Below the pieces are notes generated by a model. It was given only the letters and a program-made list of their open reading frames with translations. It was not told the DNA's origin and made no database searches. This document shows positions 10,459-18,285 of a stretch of DNA of 64,000 nt, one piece after another. Position 1 is the first letter of the stretch, and each line of letters starts with the position of its first letter. The translations under genes and the position numbers were made by a program. This DNA comes from Minisyncoccota bacterium (GTDB lineage Bacteria; Patescibacteriota; Minisyncoccia; Phycocordibacterales; UBA5272): contig JBAZJW010000001.1 in NCBI GenBank assembly GCA_041651055.1, positions 84,737 through 148,736 of the forward strand, written 5' to 3'.

Positions 10459-11235
10459 ATGTGTAGACTTCTTGCTTTTTCTTTCAGAGAAAATACTCAC
10501 AAACAAAACAGATTAGACCTTCTTGATTCATTCAGAGAATTAGCTTGTACTGGTATCGTTCCTCGTGGACTGCCTTTAGGCCATCATGATGGATGGGGTT
10601 TGTCGGTGTATTCACAAAAAGAGGATGGACCTATTTCTTACAAATCAGTTTCTTCAGCACTTCATGATGAAGATTTTATTCCTTCAGAGTTTATTAAGGA
10701 TGAAATTTCTCAGAGCGGCCTTGTTCACCTTCGTAAAAAAAGTGTAGGAGAAAAATCTATTTTAAATACTCACCCCTTCACAGAAGGCGGTTTTTCTTTT
10801 ATTCATAATGGTACGGTAGAAAAAGGGGACGGGCCATACAAAGAACTTTCATCTCTCTGCGTCGGAGAAACAGACTCTGAAAAATTGTTTAGAAAATTTT
10901 TATCTCTACAAAAAGAGAGAAGCACACTTGATGCATATGTAGAAATGATTACTACAACAAAAGAGCTGTACCCAACATTCTCAGCACTGAATACCATCCT
11001 TCATGACGGCAAATACGTGTATGTATCTCGTGTGGTTAATACAGAAAATCCACTTTATATTTCTTTTGGACTTGAGAATTATTACACACTTTATATTGGT
11101 GCAAGCAAAGAAGGTGATTTAGTGGTTTCTTCTGAAAAGTGTGCATACAAAGACATTACATATTCTTTGCTTCCGAATAATTCAGTGTGTGTTATTGAGG
11201 TGGCAACAGGAGCTCAAACCTTAATTGCTTTGTAA
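10459..11235 (+). CDS. Class II glutamine amidotransferase (YafJ/EgtC-like)
   Basis: N-terminal MCRL, HHDGWG, NTHPF, HNG, GETDSE. Confidence 0.9.
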   Translation: MCRLLAFSFRENTHKQNRLDLLDSFRELACTGIVPRGLPLGHHDGWGLSVYSQKEDGPISYKSVSSALHDEDFIPSEFIKDEISQSGLVHLRKKSVGEKSILNTHPFTEGGFSFIHNGTVEKGDGPYKELSSLCVGETDSEKLFRKFLSLQKERSTLDAYVEMITTTKELYPTFSALNTILHDGKYVYVSRVVNTENPLYISFGLENYYTLYIGASKEGDLVVSSEKCAYKDITYSLLPNNSVCVIEVATGAQTLIAL

Positions 11236-11241
11236 GACTTC

Positions 11242-11682
11242 TTACTTTACTTCTTCGTGAGCCTCTTGGATATCTTCTACGTCTTCCTGAATTTCGTCTA
11301 CATCTTTCTGGATCTCTTCGATATCTTCTTGAATTTCTTCGTGAGCCTCTTGGATATCTTCCACATCTTCTGCAATTTCTTCGACATCCTCTGCAATCTC
11401 TTCCACATCCTCCTGAATTTCATCAATATCTTTTTCAACATTCGCAATGGCGCGGGCCTGGTGATTCACAGAGAGTTGAATGAATATTGAAAGGTAAATA
11501 GCTTCAAGGGAAAGGATGGTTGTAAGCACAAGAAGGACAAGCTCAAACCGTATTCCAAAAAGAACAAGTGAAAAGGAAGTAATGAAAACAATGGTGTGAA
11601 TAATGAGTGACCATACAGACCCGACACCGCGAGTGATGGAAATAGCTGTATTTTCAAGCTTTTCTAGGGGGAATTTCTTCAT
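11242..11682 (-). CDS. DUF1003-like membrane protein with an acidic heptad coiled-coil tail
   Basis: LTTILSLEAIYLSIFIQ and EDVEEI repeats. Start revised to ATG 11682. Confidence 0.75.
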   Translation of the reverse strand: MKKFPLEKLENTAISITRGVGSVWSLIIHTIVFITSFSLVLFGIRFELVLLVLTTILSLEAIYLSIFIQLSVNHQARAIANVEKDIDEIQEDVEEIAEDVEEIAEDVEDIQEAHEEIQEDIEEIQKDVDEIQEDVEDIQEAHEEVK

Positions 11683-11719
11683 AGTTTCCACTATATCATG
11701 AAAGTGCTAGGATTAAGGC

Positions 11720-12847
11720 ATGATAGTACCAATAATCGCAGAGCTGGGAACTTTCCTTCTCTTTGCTATCGTGGGAGCAGGATATTTGATTTACTCATTA
11801 ACATTTTCTAAAAATTCTATGAACGGAGAAACTAAAACAAAGGCACTCGATGTCTTTATGTATCTCGGTATTGGTATTACGCTTGTCGTGAGTGTGTACA
11901 ACTTATTGCAAATTGTTTTTACCGCAATTGATCGCAAATTCGCAGATGTGCTGAATGCGTCAACGTATGTAGATATGTACAACAGTGATGTGCGCTTCGC
12001 CATCTCAGCGCTTGTGGTCATGTATCCAATATATCTTTTACTTTCATGGTATGTTGCGAAAGATATCGCCAAGTTTTTGTACAAGCGTGATCTTACGGTT
12101 CGTAAGGTGATGATTTACACAACAATATTCGTAACGGTATGTACACTTATTGGTACGCTTATCTCAATTATTTACACATACTTGGGTGGAGAGCTTTCTG
12201 TGAGATTCGCCTACAAAGCACTCGCAGTGTTCGTGCTTTCTGCTGGTGTATTCGGTTACTATTTCTATTCTGTACGTCGTGACTATGCAAAGAAGAGTTT
12301 AGTCCCAATGCTCATGACTATTATTGCAACTGTTGTGGTCATTGCATCACTTGTTTGGAGTATTTCAATTGTAGGAACACCGTCTGAGATGCGTGCCAAG
12401 CGATTGGATAGTACACGTCTTTCAGATATCTCTTCTGTGCAGCAGCAAGTTCTGAATCGTTTCCAGAATACCGATAAATTGCCTGTAACATTATCTGAAC
12501 TGAATAATGCCTTTCAAGGATACGCTGTTCCTGTTGATCCAGTAACAAAAACAGAATACGGCTATAAGGTAATCCAGCAGCCAACAATGAAGGTGAATTA
12601 TGCAACCAATAAAAAAGAAATGGCAACAAATGCTATCTTTGAATTGTGTGCCACATTTGAAACAGTGCGAGATGTAACAGGCCAAGGAGGTGTAAGCTAT
12701 TCAAAAGGTGTCGCCTCACCAATGGATGCGTCCTTCCTTGTTTCAAATATGTACTATGATGGAGACATGACACCTTTCTGGAATCATGGGGTGGGGGAGA
12801 CGTGCTTTAAACGTATTATCACTCCCGATATGTACTATGGGAAATAG
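11720..12847 (+). CDS. DUF5671-like multi-TM protein with a pilin-like C-terminal domain
   Basis: Several TMs, GGELSVRF, GTP..R..RLD..RLSD, PVDPVT..YGY, FELCATF. Confidence 0.7.
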   Translation: MIVPIIAELGTFLLFAIVGAGYLIYSLTFSKNSMNGETKTKALDVFMYLGIGITLVVSVYNLLQIVFTAIDRKFADVLNASTYVDMYNSDVRFAISALVVMYPIYLLLSWYVAKDIAKFLYKRDLTVRKVMIYTTIFVTVCTLIGTLISIIYTYLGGELSVRFAYKALAVFVLSAGVFGYYFYSVRRDYAKKSLVPMLMTIIATVVVIASLVWSISIVGTPSEMRAKRLDSTRLSDISSVQQQVLNRFQNTDKLPVTLSELNNAFQGYAVPVDPVTKTEYGYKVIQQPTMKVNYATNKKEMATNAIFELCATFETVRDVTGQGGVSYSKGVASPMDASFLVSNMYYDGDMTPFWNHGVGETCFKRIITPDMYYGK

Positions 12848-12849
12848 TC

Positions 12850-12960
12850 TTTAAATTGTTTATCTGCTTTGTTGCGAAGAATTTTTACTCCACGCAACGT
12901 ACTATTCGTACGTTTTGGTCGTAAAAATTCTTCGCGCCTCGCATCTAAAACAATTAAAAA
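12850..12960. repeat. Long imperfect palindrome (MITE-like family B), copy 1
   Basis: Nested inverted arms GCGAAGAATTTTTAC/GTAAAAATTCTTCGC with an ACGTAC-TATTC-GTACGT apex. Related to 51259-51380. Confidence 0.7.
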
Positions 12961-12997
12961 CCTATTTTAGGGAGTTTTGTGGGAATAATAGGAATAC

Positions 12998-13028
12998 CAA
13001 AGAGCGGCCACGAAGTGGCCGCTCTTTG
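12998..13028. repeat. REP-like palindrome family A, copy 3
   Basis: CAAAGAGCGGCCAC-GAA-GTGGCCGCTCTTTG. Confidence 0.8.
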
Positions 13029-13288
13029 CTATGTACACCATTACCTTAACGTGGTAATGTTTTAGACAATACGTTCCTTTATTATTGTGAAAACAGCATG
13101 TGCAACGTAGTCACAGCGATAAGTAGTATATCGGCAAAGTGTCAGCAAGGTGACACCTTACCAGCTTACAAGGCGAGGCCTTGTAGTTTACATAGGGCCA
13201 CCCTATGTAAACAAAAAAGGAAAGATAGAATATTTATCGCTGTGACTACTAGACATTTGTATCAAGTACGCAGCACAAGGAGAAAACC

Positions 13289-13906
13289 ATGGCCATGCCT
13301 GTGGAAAACCTTACCCGTCAAGACCGAAAGGTTCTGGCAATAATCATGGAACATTTGCCACTTTCCATGTTGTCAAAAGAGGAGAAGCAAGCCATTATTG
13401 CTCATCCGGCGGATTCGATGGAATGGATTGCGAACCAGATGATCATTTATGCAGGTCATTCGAAGGTTCAGACTGCCGTGAGAAATCACACCATTGACTG
13501 TACCGTCAACCCTTCAACCATCATTGGCTTTACGGTTCATAGTCACCGTAAGCTAGGTAGGTTTCTATGGGATAAAGACAAGTTTGCTGATGAGAAGTTT
13601 CTCTATCTGTCCGAAGGACAGAAATGTTTCCTTAGCACCAAAGGCACAGAGCTTTACGAGGAGTTGAAAGGCAAGCCCGTCATGAACGCATGCGTTTCCG
13701 ACTGGCTGCTCGCCAACCCCGAGCAAATTCCTGAATCTTGGGCTGCTAAAGAGGTTTTTTTCTGGGGTACGATTTACCGGGACTCAGGAAATCCTAAGGC
13801 CCTGTATGTACGTTATCTCTACTGGAACGGCGCGGAGTTTGCTATCGACTACCGCTGGCTCGATCGTTTATGGGATGATGAAGACCCTGCGCTTCTCTAC
13901 AAGTAG
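13289..13906 (+). CDS. CPR-type protein with a DGR-target-like (putative C-type-lectin) C-terminus (cassette 3)
   Basis: AAGGAG SD. NACVSDWLLANPEQIPESW..VFFWGTIYR..VRYLYWNG..YRWLD..W..DPA. Hairpin plus T-run terminator at 13973-14010. Confidence 0.7.
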   Translation: MAMPVENLTRQDRKVLAIIMEHLPLSMLSKEEKQAIIAHPADSMEWIANQMIIYAGHSKVQTAVRNHTIDCTVNPSTIIGFTVHSHRKLGRFLWDKDKFADEKFLYLSEGQKCFLSTKGTELYEELKGKPVMNACVSDWLLANPEQIPESWAAKEVFFWGTIYRDSGNPKALYVRYLYWNGAEFAIDYRWLDRLWDDEDPALLYK

Positions 13907-14118
13907 GGCTTTGGCTTTTGAGTCATAGTTTGTACGTATGTGCATCTTGATTCTTCGTTCTTTGTTTCTTCTGTCCGTGTACCACAGCGATGTGGTGTGC
14001 GGGCTTTTTTATATACAAAAAGACAAAATGTCTTGAATACAGGAATTAGAGCTCTTTCGTATTTCTCTAAACTCTCACCCCTTAACTCTGAGCTCTTTTC
14101 CTGATAGTATAGAGATAT

Positions 14119-16986
14119 ATGAATCCTTACGACCACCTAAGCACAGAAAAATATTGGAGAGATAAATGGGAAGCAGATAAGGTGTACAAAACAGATACAC
14201 ATAGTTCCAAGCCGACATTCTTCGGTCTGGTAGAATTTCCGTATCCATCTGGTGCAGGGCTACATGTCGGTCACGTGAGAAGCTACACAGGAATGGATGT
14301 CATTGTTCGTAAACGACGAATGGAGGGCAATGAGACACTGTTCCCGATAGGATGGGACGCTTTTGGTCTTCCAGCAGAAAACTTTGCTCTTAAAACAGGA
14401 ATTCATCCGTCTATTACGACACGTGAAAATATAAACACCTTCCGTGAACAATTGAAAGATTGCGGATTTTCTTTCGATTGGGATAGAGAGGTGGATACAA
14501 CCGACCCCACATACTACAAGTGGACTCAGTGGATTTTCTTAAAGCTTTATGAAAAAGGTTTAGCGTACAAAAAGCAGATGCCTGTCAATTGGTGTCCAAA
14601 AGATAAATGCGTACTTGCCAACGAAGAAGTGGTGGACGGTAAATGTGAACGCTGCGGCACTCCTGCTGAAAAGAGAAACAAAGAACAGTGGATGCTCGCT
14701 ATCACAAAGTATGCTGAACGATTGGACAAAGATTTGGACGATACGACATTCTTGGAAAGAATAAAGATTCAACAGCGAAATTGGATTGGCATGTCTGAAG
14801 GAAGTGAAATAGATTTTAAACTAACAACCGGTGATTCATTTACGGTGTACACCACACGCGCAGATACGCTTTTTGGTTGTACATACTGTGTACTTGCGCC
14901 AGAGCATTCCCTTGTGAAGCAATTACTTGCAAATGGTCAGATAAAAAATAAAGAAGAAGTAGAAACGTATGTTGCAGAAGCTGTACAAAAAATAGACATT
15001 GACCGATCTGCTGAAGGAAAAGAAAAAACAGGAGTGAAATTAGAAGGAGTCATGGCGATAAATCCTGCGAATCAAAAAGAGGTGCCAGTATTTATTGCAG
15101 ACTACGTGCTCGCGACCTATGGAACAGGGGCTATCATGGCAGTACCAGCGCATGATGAACGTGATGGAGAATTTGCAAAGAGGTATGGAATTGAAATAAA
15201 AGAAGTGATCGCTCCATATCATAGAGATGAGGGAGAAGATGCTGCCCGAGAAGGTTTTGAGACATTGTATCGTAAAGTTGTTGATGTAATTCTTGAAAAC
15301 GATAAAGGTCAATTTATGCTTGTCACTGATAATAAAGGTGAATCTTTCGAATCGGTGCATTTTATTGGTGGAGGGGTTGAAAAAGGAGACACGGAAATTG
15401 AATCTATTTACAAAGAAGTACGAGAAGAAAGTGGCTATACAGATATAGAATTAGTTGGAGATAAGTTTTTTCCAAAGTCTGGAACAGGTTTTAGACATAC
15501 CAAGCAGAAGAACCAGGAAACCTTTGGGTTCTTTTATCATGCACGATTGAAATCAGAAGATAAAGTCCACTGTGAAGTAGATGACGGGCTTCATGAAGTC
15601 GGATGGTATGACAAAGATAAAATTGCAGACCTCATAACTTGGTCACATCATAAAGCTGCATGGCTTCAATTCTTAAGCAAAGATAAAAATATTTTTACCG
15701 GTGATGGAATGCTTGTTGACTCAGGTACGTTTGAAGGTCTTAAAAGTGCTGAAGCTCGCATAAAAATAACTGAAGCCGTTGGTGGACGACTCGTAAAGAA
15801 ATCAAAACTTCGTGATTGGGTTTTCGCACGTCAGAGATATTGGGGTGAACCGATTCCTCTTGTCTACGATAAAAGCGGAAAGATGTATCCGGTAGCAATG
15901 AGCGAACTTCCGGTCACACTTCCTCAGGTTGAAAAATATGAGCCAACAGATAATGGTGAGTCACCACTTTCTCACGTAACTGATTGGGTCAATGTAAAAG
16001 GAAAAATTGACGATGCTGGATATTTTCACACAGATAAAGATGGTGAAGAATTTCGTCGTGAGACAGACACTATGCCTCAGTGGGCGGGGTCTTCATGGTA
16101 CTTCATGCGCTACATTGATCCACGAAATGATACAGCTATTGGGGATAAAGAAATGTTGATGAAGTGGTTGCCTGTCACATGGTACAACGGTGGCATGGAA
16201 CACACGACACTTCACTTATTGTATTCTCGTTTTTGGTATAAGTTTTTATTTGATATCGGACTTACTCCGACAAGCGAACCGTATATCAAGCGCACGTCTC
16301 AGGGAATGATTCTTGGCACAGGAGGTGTAAAGATGAGTAAATCACTCGGTAACGTCATTAATCCAGACGTCATTGTGAAAAAGTTTGGAGCAGACACACT
16401 TCGTATGTACGAAATGTTTATTGGTCCATTTGATCAGGCTGTAGCATGGGATGATAAGTCTGTCATCGGCATACGAAGATTTGTTGATAGAGTGTATGCT
16501 ATTAAAGATAAGGTTACAGACACCGGTGCGACGCTTTCTATTACACATAAGACTGTGAAAAAGGTGGGAATTGATATTGAGGCCATGGCATTTAATACTG
16601 CCATCTCATCGCTCATGATTTGTCTTAATGAATATGAAAAAGAAGACATCTTACCAAAGAATGACTTCAAAATGTTCATAAAAGTACTCGCACCTTTTGC
16701 ACCTTTTGTCGCAGAAGAGCTTTGGAAGTCACTCGGTGAAGTGTCTTCTGTTCACAAAGAAAGCTGGCCAGTATATGATGAGTCAAAATTAGTAAATGAC
16801 GAAGTTACGTACGTTCTTCAAGTTAACGGCAAGCTTCGCGGGGAAATAGTTCTTTCAAAGGATACAGCTAAAGAAGATGTGCTGAAAGCCGTAAAAAGCC
16901 TTGATGGGTATGAGAAATATGTCGGAGGGGAGATTCCGAAGAAGGAGATTTTTATTCCCGGTAAGTTGGTAAATATCGTGATTTGA
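14119..16986 (+). CDS. leuS: Leucine-tRNA ligase with an inserted NUDIX domain
   Basis: FPYPSGAGLHVGH (HIGH), KMSKS, editing domain, and Nudix box GGGVEKGDTEIESIYKEVREESG. Confidence 0.96.
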   Translation: MNPYDHLSTEKYWRDKWEADKVYKTDTHSSKPTFFGLVEFPYPSGAGLHVGHVRSYTGMDVIVRKRRMEGNETLFPIGWDAFGLPAENFALKTGIHPSITTRENINTFREQLKDCGFSFDWDREVDTTDPTYYKWTQWIFLKLYEKGLAYKKQMPVNWCPKDKCVLANEEVVDGKCERCGTPAEKRNKEQWMLAITKYAERLDKDLDDTTFLERIKIQQRNWIGMSEGSEIDFKLTTGDSFTVYTTRADTLFGCTYCVLAPEHSLVKQLLANGQIKNKEEVETYVAEAVQKIDIDRSAEGKEKTGVKLEGVMAINPANQKEVPVFIADYVLATYGTGAIMAVPAHDERDGEFAKRYGIEIKEVIAPYHRDEGEDAAREGFETLYRKVVDVILENDKGQFMLVTDNKGESFESVHFIGGGVEKGDTEIESIYKEVREESGYTDIELVGDKFFPKSGTGFRHTKQKNQETFGFFYHARLKSEDKVHCEVDDGLHEVGWYDKDKIADLITWSHHKAAWLQFLSKDKNIFTGDGMLVDSGTFEGLKSAEARIKITEAVGGRLVKKSKLRDWVFARQRYWGEPIPLVYDKSGKMYPVAMSELPVTLPQVEKYEPTDNGESPLSHVTDWVNVKGKIDDAGYFHTDKDGEEFRRETDTMPQWAGSSWYFMRYIDPRNDTAIGDKEMLMKWLPVTWYNGGMEHTTLHLLYSRFWYKFLFDIGLTPTSEPYIKRTSQGMILGTGGVKMSKSLGNVINPDVIVKKFGADTLRMYEMFIGPFDQAVAWDDKSVIGIRRFVDRVYAIKDKVTDTGATLSITHKTVKKVGIDIEAMAFNTAISSLMICLNEYEKEDILPKNDFKMFIKVLAPFAPFVAEELWKSLGEVSSVHKESWPVYDESKLVNDEVTYVLQVNGKLRGEIVLSKDTAKEDVLKAVKSLDGYEKYVGGEIPKKEIFIPGKLVNIVI

Positions 16987-17032
16987 CGTTTTTGGCAAAT
17001 TATAGTACAATAGTATCTACTACGTAATACAT

Positions 17033-18061
17033 ATGTCTGGAATCACTTTCAAACCTAAGGCAGTTTCTAAGAAACTTTTGACCACACTTAATCCACGAAC
17101 TCGCGAGATCGTGGTTAATCGTTATGGTTTGGAAAAGGAGAACCGGATGACTCTTGAGGCCATCGGAAAGACCTATGACATTACCCGCGAACGTGTTCGC
17201 CAGATCGAAAACTTTGCCCTTGCTTCTATCAAGAAGTCAAAAGAATACAAAGAACACCTCTTTGTCTTCGAAGAACTAAAGTCTATTATCAAGGAGCTTG
17301 GTTCTGTCGTTTCAGAAGACCATCTCATGCGTCACATCTCGAAAGATCCTGTTATTCAGAATCACATCAACCTTTACCTTGCTCTCGGAGAAGAATTCAA
17401 GAAGCACAAAGAAGATGATAATTTCCAAGCACACTTCGCTATCGACGAAAAGACAGCAAGTCATGTACGTGATGCGCTTACGAAGCTTTACAGTTCAATT
17501 AATGAAGAAGACCTTGTCAGTGAAGAAGAGATTTTTGATCGTTTTAATAATCACCTCACAGAACTTGTTACGGAATACAAAGACAATAAAGAAGTTATCA
17601 AGCGATACCTCGCACTTTCAAAAGTAATCGGCAAGAATCAGCTTAGTGAATGGGGTCGTACCTCATCTCCACATGTAAAAGCTCGTGGTATCAAGGATTA
17701 TGCATACCTTATTATGCGTCGTGCTGGTCGTCCTATGCACTTCAAGGAAGTTGCGGCAGAAATCAACAAGACATTTGGTAAGAAAGCACACGTAGCTACT
17801 TGTCACAATGAACTCATTAAGGATTCTCGTTTTGTCCTTGTGGGTCGCGGTATGTACGGGCTTAAAGATTGGGGTCACACAGGAGGTGTTGTCCGTGATG
17901 TTATTAAAGAAGTTCTCAAAGAAGCGGGTCGTCCACTTCCAAAGGACGAAGTTATCAAGCGAGTTCTTGCAAAACGTATCGTTAAACCAAACACTGTCCT
18001 CGTAAATCTCCAGAATGCAAAATATTTCAGAAAAGTAGTAGGGGAGTATACGCTTGCATAA
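17033..18061 (+). CDS. Sigma70 region-4 HTH plus HARE-HTH (RNAP delta-like) protein
   Basis: TLEAIGKTYDITRERVRQIE, PMHFKEVAAEI..HNELIKDSRFVLVGRGMYGL, and a second winged HTH at the C-terminus. Confidence 0.8.
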   Translation: MSGITFKPKAVSKKLLTTLNPRTREIVVNRYGLEKENRMTLEAIGKTYDITRERVRQIENFALASIKKSKEYKEHLFVFEELKSIIKELGSVVSEDHLMRHISKDPVIQNHINLYLALGEEFKKHKEDDNFQAHFAIDEKTASHVRDALTKLYSSINEEDLVSEEEIFDRFNNHLTELVTEYKDNKEVIKRYLALSKVIGKNQLSEWGRTSSPHVKARGIKDYAYLIMRRAGRPMHFKEVAAEINKTFGKKAHVATCHNELIKDSRFVLVGRGMYGLKDWGHTGGVVRDVIKEVLKEAGRPLPKDEVIKRVLAKRIVKPNTVLVNLQNAKYFRKVVGEYTLA

Positions 18062-18102
18062 GCAAAGTTTTTAGTTTCCAGTTTTTAGTTTTTAGATAAA
18101 GC

Positions 18103-18168
18103 AAAATACAAAGAGCGGCCACGATTTATCCTGAGCTTGTCGAAGGAAGTGGCTGCTCCTTGTATTTT
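18103..18168. repeat. REP-like palindrome family A, copy 4, with an insertion in its loop
   Basis: AAAATACAAAGAGCGGCCAC[GATTTATCCTGAGCTTGTCGAAG]GAAGTGGCTGCTCCTTGTATTTT, flanked by heptamer arrays. Confidence 0.75.
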
Positions 18169-18285
18169 CTATCACCTCTGACCTAAAAACTCCAACCTGC
18201 CCATAATACTTTTCCCTATTTTTTTTCTACCCGAAGTGGTATTCTTTTACTATGATGATATCACTGCGAGGTGATGTGAATATCT

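Noticed and set aside
11250-11440. 21-nt tandem repeats
   Set aside because: They encode the heptad coiled coil (EDVEEI) of the DUF1003-like protein, so this is an ordinary coding repeat.
16984-16986. Alternative genetic code (UGA=Gly) as in Gracilibacteria/Absconditabacteria
   Set aside because: leuS and khpA end at TGA at the expected lengths, no conserved gene is interrupted by TGA, and RF2 (SPF) is present.
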